This document shows positions 38,219 to 47,881 of a stretch of 64,000 nucleotides of DNA, one piece after another. The position numbers and the translations under genes were made by a program. The stretch is taken from assembly GCA_001189195.1 (NCBI GenBank), contig LFCQ01000006.1:56841-120840 (forward strand), written 5' to 3'. Source of the stretch: Parcubacteria bacterium C7867-007. Lineage in GTDB: Bacteria; Patescibacteriota; Minisyncoccia; Phycocordibacterales; Phycocordibacteraceae. The notes beneath the pieces were generated by a model. The model was given only the letters and a program-made list of their open reading frames with translations, was not told the DNA's origin and searched no databases. Every line of letters starts with the position of its first letter. Positions within the stretch are counted from its first letter, which is position 1.

Positions 38219-38398
38219 TTTGGCATACTGACCCCACAACCGTTTTCTAGTTTATTCGTCTTGAGAGGGTAAAAGCCACTGCTTAAGACCGGGTTCAATT
38301 GGTTTCCAAGGAACGACCCCGAAACTCTCGAGACGCTTGTTTTACTTCTCCGGCTCCATGCATAGGCGTTCCAGCCGGGACCCAAAACACAACAATAA

Positions 38399-39709
38399 AT
38401 GACCACAGTATATATGCGGCGCAATGACGGCCGCCGTAACCCGTTCGACCGCGATGCGAGTCGTTCATCGGGCCGTCCTAATCGTTCAAGTTCTTCAAAC
38501 CGCTCTTCAGGCGGCCGCCCTTCACGTGGCGGTGATCGTTTCTCTTCAAACCGTTCATCAGGTAGTCGTCCTTCTCGTGGAGGTCGTAACTTCCAGGAAA
38601 TGGCGGTTGACCTTTCGAAGCTTATTAACAAGGCAGTAGAGGGATTTGTTGCAGAGGTATACGTACCAAAGCACCAGTTCATCGATTTCCCAGTGGATGA
38701 GAAGCTTAAGGCAAACATTATTTCTAAGGGCTATGTCACCCCAACTCCTATTCAGGATCAGTCGATCCCGGTAGTACTTGAAGGGAAGGATGTGGTTGGT
38801 ATAGCTAACACCGGTACAGGAAAGACCGCATCATTCCTCATCCCTCTTATCGACAAGGTACTCAAGATGCGTGCTGCTGGTATCGAAGAGCGTGTACTCA
38901 TCATGGTTCCAACCCGTGAGCTCGCTATTCAGATTGAGCAGGAATTCTATGGATTCGCTCGTCAGCTCGGTATTAACTCCGTAGTAGTAGTGGGTGGTGC
39001 AGGCATGGAGCCACAGGTTCGTGGCCTACGTCGCAAGCCAAACTTCGTGATCGGTACTCCCGGTCGTCTTAAGGATCTTATGGAGCGCCGTGAACTGGAT
39101 CTTTCGAAGTTCCAGACCGTGGTTCTCGATGAAGCAGACCGCATGCTCGACATGGGGTTCATCCAGGACATGCGTCACATCATGAGTTTCATGATGGATG
39201 ATCGTCACACCCTCTTCTTCTCTGCAACGCTTTCACGCGACATTGAGAAGCTGATCGGTGAATTCCTTCATGACCCCGTGCGTGTTTCGGTTAAGACCCG
39301 TGACACTGCCGCTACCGTTGATCAGGACGTGATTCGCGTTCCTTCAAGCGAGAAGCTCAACACCCTTATCGACATGCTCAAGCAGCCTGAATACGATAAG
39401 GTACTTGTTTTCGGGCGTACGAAGCATGGTGTTGAACGTCTTGCTCGTGACCTTAACCAGGCAGGTATCAAGGCCGACTCTATTCACGGAGACAAGACCC
39501 ATGGCAAGCGCCAGAAGGCCCTTGGACTCTTCAAGCAGAGTCACGTAACGGTACTTGTCGCTACTGACGTTGCTGCTCGCGGCCTCGACATTAGTGGTGT
39601 ATCGCACGTGATCAACTATGATCTTCCTGCGACGTATGAGGACTACACTCACCGCATTGGCCGTACAGGCCGTGCAGGAAAGACAGGAAAGGCACTTACG
39701 TTCATTTAA
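38399..39709 (+). CDS. DEAD-box ATP-dependent RNA helicase with N-terminal Arg/Ser/Gly-rich low-complexity extension
   Basis: Q motif, GTGKTA, DEAD, SAT, HRIGRTGR; N-terminal about 65 aa RSSGRPNRSSSSNRSSGGRPSRGG. Confidence 0.85.
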   Translation: MTTVYMRRNDGRRNPFDRDASRSSGRPNRSSSSNRSSGGRPSRGGDRFSSNRSSGSRPSRGGRNFQEMAVDLSKLINKAVEGFVAEVYVPKHQFIDFPVDEKLKANIISKGYVTPTPIQDQSIPVVLEGKDVVGIANTGTGKTASFLIPLIDKVLKMRAAGIEERVLIMVPTRELAIQIEQEFYGFARQLGINSVVVVGGAGMEPQVRGLRRKPNFVIGTPGRLKDLMERRELDLSKFQTVVLDEADRMLDMGFIQDMRHIMSFMMDDRHTLFFSATLSRDIEKLIGEFLHDPVRVSVKTRDTAATVDQDVIRVPSSEKLNTLIDMLKQPEYDKVLVFGRTKHGVERLARDLNQAGIKADSIHGDKTHGKRQKALGLFKQSHVTVLVATDVAARGLDISGVSHVINYDLPATYEDYTHRIGRTGRAGKTGKALTFI

Positions 39710-39714
39710 TTGAA

Positions 39715-39745
39715 CGAGTAATACAAAAGGGCCGGCTGTGAAGCC
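39715..39745. terminator. bidirectional terminator AAAAGGGCCGGCTGTGAAGCCGGCCCTTTG
   Basis: GC-rich perfect hairpin. Confidence 0.7.
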
Positions 39746-39768
39746 GGCCCTTTGCCGTATACGGTGAA

Positions 39769-40095
39769 CTACGCTGCGGCAGCCATCGGTTCTGCCAACT
39801 GTTGCTTGATGAACGCGATGATTTCTCCACGGATGAAAGACTTTGGCATGTCGTCACCCGCGACCCATCGAGCGAATAGTTCAGGGGTGAGTCCCCACCG
39901 ATCAAGAAAGCGGTTGGTGGTCATGCCGCAGAACAACGCGAATCGGAGGATCAGGCTGAACGTAGCGCGATCGATCTGCCCGGGATCAATTTCCGACCTC
40001 TCGAGCAGACCTCTGTAGAAGTGAATGGACTGCGTTGCGATCGCCTCAAGTCCCTTGGCGAACGTTGCGGTATTCAGACGTTCAGATTCAGACAT
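39769..40095 (-). CDS. hypothetical protein (108 aa), GC-rich, AAGGAG SD
   Basis: start MSESERLN preceded by AAAGGAG 7 nt upstream. Confidence 0.5.
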   Translation of the reverse strand: MSESERLNTATFAKGLEAIATQSIHFYRGLLERSEIDPGQIDRATFSLILRFALFCGMTTNRFLDRWGLTPELFARWVAGDDMPKSFIRGEIIAFIKQQLAEPMAAAA

Positions 40096-40259
40096 CACCA
40101 GACTCCTTTGCGGTAACGCGAGAAATGATGTGAGTTCCATTACTCAAAGTACGCCCATTATAAAAAATGTCGAGGGTGATAAGGATAACAACAAGTATAA
40201 AAGAAATCGGCCGCACGAGGTGTGCGACCGACCATTTCTTGTGGGACTGGCCCAAATGC

Positions 40260-40445
40260 TTACGCGGCGACGAGTTCCTTGACCTCGACAACTTCCAAGC
40301 TACAAACTGGACAGGTCGCGAAGAATCCACGACCGGTACAGGTGCAGAGGATAGGTTTCCTTCGGGGGTTTTCCGTTTCCGAGAGAACAGGCCTCTCAGG
40401 CTCACGCGCAGATCTAGATCCAACGGTGATCGGAATGCATATCAT
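40260..40445 (-). CDS. small Cys-rich (zinc-ribbon-like) protein (61 aa), GC-rich, AAGGAG SD
   Basis: CTC...CPVC pattern; strong SD AAGGAG 6 nt upstream of ATG. Confidence 0.5.
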   Translation of the reverse strand: MICIPITVGSRSAREPERPVLSETENPRRKPILCTCTGRGFFATCPVCSLEVVEVKELVAA

Positions 40446-40573
40446 TCGGAGCTCCTTCTGTTGCAGTCTGTTGGCAATAATGCGCTATACAGCGCCTTCA
40501 GTCAACGTTCATATAGTGGGGATAGAGGAGCTTGTAAGCTCAGAAAATCGTTATACTTAAAGGGCGAAGGCTC

Positions 40574-40852
40574 ATGGATCCATTCCTTCAGATGCATATC
40601 TTTTTTCTGGTCACCACGATCGTCGTGGTGGTACTTGGCGTACTTTCGTGCGTCGCGTTGGTGTATGTAATCCTGCTCATTCGTACTGTGGAGCGCATTG
40701 CGAGCCATGTGAACGAAGAAGCAGAAGAGATACGCGCAGATATAGATGATGTGCGAAGGAAAGCGAAACGTGAGGGGCTTCGTCTCAAGCATTTGATTAC
40801 GTTCTTTGGGAAAACTGCAAAGCGCACAAAGAAGCGCGCCGCAGCAGATTAA
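40574..40852 (+). CDS. small membrane-anchored protein with charged C-terminal helix
   Basis: N-terminal TM followed by EEAEEIRADIDDVRRKAKREG. Confidence 0.45.
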   Translation: MDPFLQMHIFFLVTTIVVVVLGVLSCVALVYVILLIRTVERIASHVNEEAEEIRADIDDVRRKAKREGLRLKHLITFFGKTAKRTKKRAAAD

Positions 40853-40871
40853 TTATTTTTGTAACTCATGT

Positions 40872-41366
40872 ATGGCAACTAAGAAAACTGTTAAGAAGAC
40901 TGTAAAGAAGGGGAAGAAGCAGAGCGATGTAATGCTTGCTGCAGAAATTGGTGCAGGTGTACTCGCAGCCGGAGCCGCTGCAGGTGCTGCGTACTACTTC
41001 TATGGAGACAAGAAGGCAAAGAAGCATCGTCAGGCTGCTGCTAAGTGGGCAAAGGGTATGAAGGCACAGGTGATTAAGGAAGCAAAGGTTGTTGCAAAGA
41101 TTGATCAGAAAGCAATGGCAGCAATTGTAGACAAGGCAGCTGCAGCATATGCAGGTGTACGTTCTGTTGATGCACAGGACCTTAAGAATGCTGCTGCTGA
41201 ACTCAAGCGCAACTGGAAGGAGGTAGAGCGCGAAGTTGAGAGCGCTCGTCGCAAGGCAAAGAGCACAGGGAAGAAGGTGGTAAAGAAGGCGACTAAGGTG
41301 GTAAACAAGGCGGCAAAGAAGGTTGTTAAGAAAACAACCCCAAAAAAGGCCTCAAAGAAGCGTTAA
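40872..41366 (+). CDS. Lys/Ala-rich (histone-H1-like low-complexity) protein with one hydrophobic segment
   Basis: MATKKTVKKTVKKGKKQ...KKVVKKATKVVNKAAKKVVKKTTPKKASKKR. Confidence 0.5.
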   Translation: MATKKTVKKTVKKGKKQSDVMLAAEIGAGVLAAGAAAGAAYYFYGDKKAKKHRQAAAKWAKGMKAQVIKEAKVVAKIDQKAMAAIVDKAAAAYAGVRSVDAQDLKNAAAELKRNWKEVEREVESARRKAKSTGKKVVKKATKVVNKAAKKVVKKTTPKKASKKR

Positions 41367-41392
41367 ATTAGGGTGTGATAGGATAGACCAAT

Positions 41393-42109
41393 ATGGAAAA
41401 CACAAAAAGCGCATTTATGGACCGATACCTTACTCCGTTAGCAGTATTGCTTGCGGCAGTAATTATCGCTCTTGCAATGATTTATGGTCAGGGTCTTGGT
41501 TCAGGCAACAAAGGGGCTGATGGTAAGGCTGCAGTAGCAGTAGACATCAAAGATGTTAAGACGGACAACAGTCCGTATATTGGAGACAAGAATGCACCTA
41601 CCACCGTTGCAGTCTTCTATGATTACCAGTGCCCATTCTGCAAGCAGTTTGAGGAGGCAGTAACTCCTAAACTCATCGATGCGTATGTGAAGGAAGGAAA
41701 GACAAAGATTGTCTTCAAGGACTTCCAGTTCCTCGGTGAGGACTCAACCACTGCAGCACTATTCGGTCGTGCCCTTTGGGAGGCACATCCTGATAAGTTC
41801 CATGACTGGTTCGTTGCAATGGCTGGTGCTCAAGATGATGAAGGTGATCAGGGCTTCGGAGATCTTGCATCTATCCAGAAACTATCGGCAGGTATTCCTG
41901 GGATCGATGTTGCAAAGGTAACCAAGCTCATGACTGATAAGAAGGCTGACTACATGAAGGCAATTGAAGCTGATCGTGCAGAAGGTGCCGCTCTCGGTAT
42001 CAACGGTACACCAAGCGTTATTGCAGGTACTAAGCTCTTCTCAGGCATGTCTCCTGATGCATTCTTCACTGGAATCTCGGCACAGCTTGATGCACAGCTG
42101 AAGAAGTAA
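41393..42109 (+). CDS. DsbA-like thiol:disulfide oxidoreductase, membrane-anchored
   Basis: thioredoxin CPFC active site in FYDYQCPFCKQF; N-terminal TM. Confidence 0.75.
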   Translation: MENTKSAFMDRYLTPLAVLLAAVIIALAMIYGQGLGSGNKGADGKAAVAVDIKDVKTDNSPYIGDKNAPTTVAVFYDYQCPFCKQFEEAVTPKLIDAYVKEGKTKIVFKDFQFLGEDSTTAALFGRALWEAHPDKFHDWFVAMAGAQDDEGDQGFGDLASIQKLSAGIPGIDVAKVTKLMTDKKADYMKAIEADRAEGAALGINGTPSVIAGTKLFSGMSPDAFFTGISAQLDAQLKK

Positions 42110-42183
42110 TTGACATGTCATAGCAATTTGCTACGATTGTCTATGACAGTTACCCTCTGGTGAAAACCAAACGAGAGTGGAAG

Positions 42184-42220
42184 AAAAACACCGACCCATA
42201 AAGTCGGTGTTTTTCTTTTT
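42184..42220 (+). terminator. intrinsic terminator AAAAACACCGACCCATAAAGTCGGTGTTTTTCTTTTT
   Basis: perfect hairpin and T tract. Confidence 0.75.
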
Positions 42221-42241
42221 CAGTTGTATTTGATTTTCTTC

Positions 42242-42277
42242 TTACGCCCTCCATATCACTATTTTTCTATAGTAATC
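42242..42277 (+). promoter_or_regulatory. conserved upstream motif TTACGCCCTCCATATCAC-N8-TATAGTAAT
   Basis: near-identical to 21638-21670. Confidence 0.45.
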
Positions 42278-42281
42278 CTGC

Positions 42282-42349
42282 GCCGGTGGTTTCGGTGACG
42301 AGAGGGTAATTGTCACTCCACTCTTGAGGGTTCAACTCCCTCCACCGGC
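42282..42349 (+). other. 68-nt tRNA-derived palindromic element, copy 2 (GCCGGTGG...GAGGG-TTCAACT-CCCTC-CACCGGC)
   Basis: same ends and length as 2119-2186; internal GTGAC/GTCAC hairpin; sits immediately upstream of a TATATACT box and ATG at 42370. Confidence 0.5.
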
Positions 42350-42369
42350 TAAGGATATATACTGAATAC

Positions 42370-42870
42370 ATGAAAATAGTCACGGCACATGATCCCATGC
42401 AGCCGGGATACTGCTATGAATTAACGGCACCAGAAGGGGAAGGCTTTGATTCAGAGTTCAAACCAGATCTCACACCCAAAGATATGTTTGAACGCGGCGT
42501 CTTTGGAGGAAACTATTTTGAAGGACATCTCGACGAGTTCCCCAAAGATTGGCTAAAGAACGCAAAGATCTCTACGGTACACGACAAGAGCTTGAACTAC
42601 TTTGGTATCGACGCATCACAACCTTATGAAGTCTGGAAGGCAAAAGGATGGATATACAAAGATGATCCACGGGGGTGGTTCCAGTGGTATTGCCGATACT
42701 ATAGGGGGCGACGTATCCCCGAAGAAGATGCACGCCAAATAAAGCGCTGGAAGCAAATGGTTCGCCATGTTGCTCAGGTACGGTATGGATGCCGCAAAGG
42801 TGATTTCACCTGCCGAACACGCCAGCGACAAGCTCTGTTACACTGGGCATACGATAGCGCAGCACTCTAA
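42370..42870 (+). CDS. hypothetical protein (166 aa)
   Basis: ORF; TATATACT 6 nt upstream of ATG. Confidence 0.45.
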   Translation: MKIVTAHDPMQPGYCYELTAPEGEGFDSEFKPDLTPKDMFERGVFGGNYFEGHLDEFPKDWLKNAKISTVHDKSLNYFGIDASQPYEVWKAKGWIYKDDPRGWFQWYCRYYRGRRIPEEDARQIKRWKQMVRHVAQVRYGCRKGDFTCRTRQRQALLHWAYDSAAL

Positions 42871-42880
42871 TTATCTACCC

Positions 42881-43117
42881 ATGAATATCCCCACACCTGG
42901 TATCTACTATCACTTCAAACACCCAGAACAACACTACCAAGTCCTTGGAGTTGCATTTCATACCGAAACTGAAGAAGACATGGTGGTGTATAAGGCTCTG
43001 TATGGAGAAGAAAAACTCTATGTACGTCCACTAGCTATGTTTTTGGAGTATGTTGAAAAACCAGAATTTGGCTATAGTGGCCCGCGCTTTGTACGTATTG
43101 AGGCCACTCATGGTTGA
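42881..43117 (+). CDS. DUF1653 domain protein
   Basis: GIYYHFKHPEQHYQVLGVAFHTETEEDMVVYKALYGE pattern. Confidence 0.55.
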   Translation: MNIPTPGIYYHFKHPEQHYQVLGVAFHTETEEDMVVYKALYGEEKLYVRPLAMFLEYVEKPEFGYSGPRFVRIEATHG

Positions 43118-43541
43118 AGAAGAACGATTCAAAGTACTTGTTGCTGAGGCATGGGAGCATGTTCCTGAACACTGGCGTGCTCAAGTACAAAACGTTGCAC
43201 TGTTGGTTGAAGATGAGCCAAGTGATGATGTGCGTGCAGAGGAAGGACTTGGGCCAGAGGATACTCTTCTTGGGTTATATCATGGTGTACCAAATACCGA
43301 ACGAGGTGAAGGGTATGGAGTGGGATCTGTACTTCCAGATACCATCACGTTGTACCGCATACCAATTCTTGAAGAAGCACGGCATCACCTAGGAGAATCA
43401 GATTCTCCCGAAGTATTTGAAATGATTGTACGCACTGTTATACAGGAAACTTTATGGCACGAGATAGGCCACTACTTTGGTCTTTCAGAAGGAGCGATAG
43501 ATGAACGAGAACAAGAAGGGACAAATTGGTTCGAACCTTAG
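43110..43541 (+). CDS. zincin-like metallopeptidase family protein (HExxH)
   Basis: TLWHEIGHYFGLSEG motif. Confidence 0.5.
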   Translation: MVEEERFKVLVAEAWEHVPEHWRAQVQNVALLVEDEPSDDVRAEEGLGPEDTLLGLYHGVPNTERGEGYGVGSVLPDTITLYRIPILEEARHHLGESDSPEVFEMIVRTVIQETLWHEIGHYFGLSEGAIDEREQEGTNWFEP

Positions 43542-43599
43542 TGTCTAAATATAAAGCACGTGTTACACGCTTTGAAGCATCAAGTAGTGCGCTGTAATA

Positions 43600-44079
43600 C
43601 TATTGCTCCACATTAGAAAATACTTCGTTTGATCCATAGGCTTCACTAAAATCACCAAAACGAACCCATGTTGGGACAAGCTTAAATAATAGTGGCATCG
43701 CTGAATCCATGTGTGTTATTGGAGCGGATGGTTCTCCCTTAGGGAAGAGTCGCGCAGTGAGATCGGAGAGGACGGGACCAAAGGTGGCGGTGTCGGTAAT
43801 TTCTTCAAACACACCCTCTATCTGCAGTGTCTGGTTTCCCTCCAAATCAGTTACTACAAACGCTGCATGAGGATTTGAGTGGATATCATTCACTTTGCGT
43901 GTGTTCGCCAGCGTCAAGAAATATACGGACAGTGCATCATCGCATGCGTAATATAGCGTGCGTACGCGTGGAGTTCCTTCTACAGAGACTGTTGCAAGAG
44001 AGCCATGAGAGTGTGCTTTAAGAAAGGCGACGGCGTCAGATTTTTGCATTTTGGATGTTTCCATTGCATAAGTATACAC
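43600..44079 (-). CDS. pyridoxamine 5'-phosphate oxidase-like FMN-binding protein
   Basis: split-barrel pattern LATVSVEGTPRVRTLYY...AAFVVTD. Confidence 0.6.
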   Translation of the reverse strand: MYTYAMETSKMQKSDAVAFLKAHSHGSLATVSVEGTPRVRTLYYACDDALSVYFLTLANTRKVNDIHSNPHAAFVVTDLEGNQTLQIEGVFEEITDTATFGPVLSDLTARLFPKGEPSAPITHMDSAMPLLFKLVPTWVRFGDFSEAYGSNEVFSNVEQ

Positions 44080-44114
44080 CCTGCAAGAGCGAAGGATAAT
44101 GCTACCATTTCTTC

Positions 44115-44708
44115 ATGTTCGACCTTAAGATTCTACTAGTCATAATAGCCTCTATCCTAGCGGTCATTGGTAACGCCTCTTATCTTAAAGATGCGATTAC
44201 GGGCAAGGTGAAGCCTCACCCCTACACCTGGTTCATATGGTCCATTGTGTCGATGACTACATTCTTTGGTGGACTCTCTAAGGGTTCTGGGATTGGAGCA
44301 ATACCCACAGGAATAGCTGAGGTATTCACCATCATTATTTTTCTTCTATCGCTCAAATACTTTTTTAAGGATCGTACTCTACATATACGACCAATTGATA
44401 ATTACTTCCTCGCCGCAGCGTTGCTAGGACTTATTCCTTGGGTGCTCACTAAGGACCCGACTATTTCTGTGGTTATAGTGGTCGCAATCGATATTGTGGC
44501 CTTCCTCCCGACGCTTCGAAAGACATGGATGCATCCTGAAACAGAGAAGCCACTTCTCTACGGTATGAACGTTGGACGCCATGTGCTCACGCTACTGTCT
44601 CTGGGTTCATATAATATCGCCACAACCATACACTCAATTGCGATGATTATTACAAATACGCTAATGGTACTTTTTATACAAAAGAAAGGTCATCGCTCGA
44701 AGCTATAG
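44115..44708 (+). CDS. hypothetical polytopic membrane protein
   Basis: about 6 predicted TM segments. Confidence 0.4.
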   Translation: MFDLKILLVIIASILAVIGNASYLKDAITGKVKPHPYTWFIWSIVSMTTFFGGLSKGSGIGAIPTGIAEVFTIIIFLLSLKYFFKDRTLHIRPIDNYFLAAALLGLIPWVLTKDPTISVVIVVAIDIVAFLPTLRKTWMHPETEKPLLYGMNVGRHVLTLLSLGSYNIATTIHSIAMIITNTLMVLFIQKKGHRSKL

Positions 44709-44718
44709 AGAGACTTAG

Positions 44719-45555
44719 TTAGTCCTGAACTAGAACCGGTGTGCCCAAAGGAGTCCATTCATACAGCGCCTTGGCAACATCGGGAGGAAGGTTCACACAT
44801 CCGTGAGACCGCTGCTTGCCGAACATATCATGCCAGTATGTGCCGTGTATGGCACCACCTTCTTCAGTAAAATAGAGATTCCATGGCACCCCAGGAAGAT
44901 CGTAGTACTGATCCGATATGCTTGGAAGCGGCCCTTGCATGTAACGACTGGGTGTCTTTCGGTACACTATGAAATTTCCTCGGGGAGTTGGAGTAAGATC
45001 AAGTCCTGTCGACACCTGTGTATCAAGAAAAAGTTCATCGCCGTCATAGGCATAGAGCATTTGTTCAGAACGGTCGATACGAATACGCTTTGTCGTTGCA
45101 GGAACCACATCATCGGATAGTTCTTGAGCCTGCTCACTCAGGAATGAGTTCGTACCATCGGTGGCCACATACCAGTCGCGTTGCATTCGTTCTGGGTACC
45201 GTAGCCATTCACTGAAGACGACCTTGTTCCATTCTCGCCCGGTACTATCGATTGTCGTGGTAGCAGCAACGGCGAGCACTACACCGGATCGGAGCTTTTC
45301 GAGTACAGGAGCCGTTGTTGTGGGGGCTGCCCGAACGTTCACACACCCTCCTTGGAAATACGCATCGCAACCGGCAGTCACCTCAACGTATCGAACGGTT
45401 GAGGTGGATATCTCTTCGCTCACAAAAGCATTGTTGAACTCTTCCAGTACATCTGACTCTTCTGAAGCTTCTTGTAGTGCGGAGTATCCAATAGCGATTG
45501 CAAAGGCGAGCAGAATAAAAATCACCCAGCGGACTGTTAGGGAAAAGGCACTCAT
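44719..45555 (-). CDS. L,D-transpeptidase (YkuD domain), membrane-anchored
   Basis: catalytic HGT...SHGCVNL motif at C-terminus. Confidence 0.75.
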   Translation of the reverse strand: MSAFSLTVRWVIFILLAFAIAIGYSALQEASEESDVLEEFNNAFVSEEISTSTVRYVEVTAGCDAYFQGGCVNVRAAPTTTAPVLEKLRSGVVLAVAATTTIDSTGREWNKVVFSEWLRYPERMQRDWYVATDGTNSFLSEQAQELSDDVVPATTKRIRIDRSEQMLYAYDGDELFLDTQVSTGLDLTPTPRGNFIVYRKTPSRYMQGPLPSISDQYYDLPGVPWNLYFTEEGGAIHGTYWHDMFGKQRSHGCVNLPPDVAKALYEWTPLGTPVLVQD

Positions 45556-45637
45556 ACCTAGACTATACTCTGCGGCCCCGTTTTTGCGATATACTCTATA
45601 CAACCAGATCTCTGGCAAGTAAAGAACCACAGAAACT

Positions 45638-46117
45638 ATGGACAATGATACAAAACTAACGCGCTCCTTCACGGGATACGTCGCCACGCTTTTATTCTTC
45701 GGTGTCGGGGCAATAACCACTATTGGTATGGAGTGGTATGACGGCCTGGTGCTGCCTGCGTGGACGCCACCAGAGCTACTGGTCGCATTAATTTGGTTCG
45801 TGCTCTTTGTTCTCACGGCATGTTCTGTGGCAGTGTTTTGGGAGAGATCTAAACGAAACGAGCGATCGTTCGCCTCAATTCTCGTGCTCTACATGGAGAA
45901 CGCCATGCTGGTTCTTCTCTGGAACTACGTCTTCTTTGGCCTCCACAATCTAAGTATTGCTTTCGGTGTAGCAATTCTTATTGGTGCCCTTGTAGTTATA
46001 ATTATGGCAAAGGTGTGGAATGAGGTTCGTCTTGCGGCCTTGCTACTCATTCCATACTTGCTATGGATGCTGGTGGCACTTGCACTCACGTACCAGATCA
46101 TGCTCCTAAATCCCTAG
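45638..46117 (+). CDS. tspO: TspO/MBR family tryptophan-rich sensory protein
   Basis: 5 TM segments, PAWTPPELLVALIWFVLFVL. Confidence 0.7.
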   Translation: MDNDTKLTRSFTGYVATLLFFGVGAITTIGMEWYDGLVLPAWTPPELLVALIWFVLFVLTACSVAVFWERSKRNERSFASILVLYMENAMLVLLWNYVFFGLHNLSIAFGVAILIGALVVIIMAKVWNEVRLAALLLIPYLLWMLVALALTYQIMLLNP

Positions 46118-46265
46118 TTCAGCTTATATAAAAGGATCGGGGACAAATATGTAAGGGGTTGTTGTATACCAGGAAATATCATCAGATCGCGCCCAAATAG
46201 CCTGTCTAGGTGATACTTGTATTTTTATCATTTAGTGATATAATCAACATCACTAACATATTCTC

Positions 46266-46754
46266 ATGCCTGACTACAAGAACAACAGCCGTTTTAAGAA
46301 ACCCTTTACCAGTGGTGGTCCGAGTCGTGGACCTGCCCGTTTTGGTCGCCCAAACACCGATGGACCTCGTGAAATGCACACTGCAGAATGCAGTAAGTGC
46401 CACAAGTCCTGCCAGGTACCGTTCCGTCCAAACGGAACAAAGCCGGTATTCTGTGGAGACTGCTTCACCCGTGATGGTGATTCTCGCGACTCTCGCGATA
46501 CCCGCGGCTCATACCAGAAAAAGGAATATGGTGCTCCTCGCACAGCAGCTCCCACTGAGGATCGTCGTATAGACGAGCTCAAGCGCCAGCTTATTCAGAT
46601 GGACAGCAAGCTTGATCGTCTCGTACAGATGATTGATGCAGCAAACCGTGCACCTGCAACAAAGACAAAGACTGCTGCTCCTGCTGAAGCACCTGCAAAG
46701 GCAAAGAAAGTAGCAGTGAAGAAAGTTGTTGCTAAGAAAGCAAAGAAAGCCTAA
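46266..46754 (+). CDS. CxxC...CxxC zinc-ribbon protein with RG-rich N-terminus and Lys/Ala-rich C-terminal tail
   Basis: CSKCHKSCQVPFRPNGTKPVFCGDCF; tail KAKKVAVKKVVAKKAKKA. Confidence 0.55.
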   Translation: MPDYKNNSRFKKPFTSGGPSRGPARFGRPNTDGPREMHTAECSKCHKSCQVPFRPNGTKPVFCGDCFTRDGDSRDSRDTRGSYQKKEYGAPRTAAPTEDRRIDELKRQLIQMDSKLDRLVQMIDAANRAPATKTKTAAPAEAPAKAKKVAVKKVVAKKAKKA

Positions 46755-46772
46755 CGGTACCTTTGACGTAAC

Positions 46773-46804
46773 GAAGCCCAGACGATGTCTGGGCTTTTGC
46801 GTTT
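46773..46804 (+). terminator. intrinsic terminator GAAGCCCAGACGATGTCTGGGCTTTTGCGTTT
   Basis: hairpin and T tract. Confidence 0.7.
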
Positions 46805-47105
46805 AACGGATGATGTTGGTGGCACGGGGTAGGGTAAGTGGATCAGACGAACCCGGGATAGTGCCAGAGATAGAACCTGCGGAGCCAGCTAGTTGTGAAC
46901 CGACAGTCGCAGAGATTTCAGCAGCGTTCAAGAATGCGATAATCGTACTTTGAAGCTGGAGAAATATAGTAGGAACGAGAAGCTGAAGAATAAGGATGAG
47001 AATACCGAGTCCTAATGCGCGAAAGATAGGCATAAGGGTGGTAGTTATTTGATAAACGTGGACTCTAACAGAGCACACACGTGAGACGATGCGGGTCTCA
47101 ATCAA
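46803..47105 (-). CDS. small hydrophobic protein (possible pilin-like/membrane protein)
   Basis: ORF with two hydrophobic segments; weak support. Confidence 0.25.
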   Translation of the reverse strand: MIETRIVSRVCSVRVHVYQITTTLMPIFRALGLGILILILQLLVPTIFLQLQSTIIAFLNAAEISATVGSQLAGSAGSISGTIPGSSDPLTLPRATNIIR

Positions 47106-47156
47106 ATCCTTCCTAAGCTCCTTCCATCTCCTATAACCACATCCCCTAAATCCAGG

Positions 47157-47699
47157 TTACACAACCTTCTCTTTGAGAAGTTGTGCATACTTCTCCTGCA
47201 CCTTCTGGAGCTTTGGCGCAATGATGACTTGGCAGTATCCCTGCATCTTATTCTGTGCGTAATAGTCTTTGTGGTATTCCTCAGCAGGGTAGAAGGTGGC
47301 CCCTTCTTCAATCGTGGTGACGATAGGATCACCCTCACTAGATGAATCACTCAGCTCTTTGATAAAGGCTACTGTCTCCTCCTTCTGTTCTGGAGTGGTG
47401 GGGAACACCACGGAACGATACTGCGTCCCAACATCGTTACCCTGACGATTTAATTGAGTTGCATCATGAGAACCGAAGAAGACGGTAAGGAGATCACGAT
47501 AGGCAACTTGTGAAGGATCAAACTCAATCTTAATCACTTCTGCGTGACCAGTATCTCCACCGCACACCTGCTGGTACGTAGGGTTAGCTGATTTCCCACC
47601 GGCATACCCCGGCTCAACGCCAGATACCCCTTTAAGCATTTTAAATACTGCTTCAGTGCACCAGAAGCACCCACCTCCAAATATTGCTGTTTCTGTCAT
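47157..47699 (-). CDS. msrA: peptide methionine sulfoxide reductase MsrA
   Basis: GGGCFWC active site. Confidence 0.9.
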   Translation of the reverse strand: MTETAIFGGGCFWCTEAVFKMLKGVSGVEPGYAGGKSANPTYQQVCGGDTGHAEVIKIEFDPSQVAYRDLLTVFFGSHDATQLNRQGNDVGTQYRSVVFPTTPEQKEETVAFIKELSDSSSEGDPIVTTIEEGATFYPAEEYHKDYYAQNKMQGYCQVIIAPKLQKVQEKYAQLLKEKVV

Positions 47700-47881
47700 A
47701 TGAGTAAGTATATCAAGTATCTATTTTTGACGTAATTCCAAATATAATCCCAAATATGTTATGAACAGGTATTTCTCGCTACTGTGTCCACCGCAGGCAT
47801 ATACTCCGAGCAGGTGCATCGAACTTTGATACAAAAGCACCTTGCGAATCATCGCATCATCAGTTAATCAAGGGGTCGATC

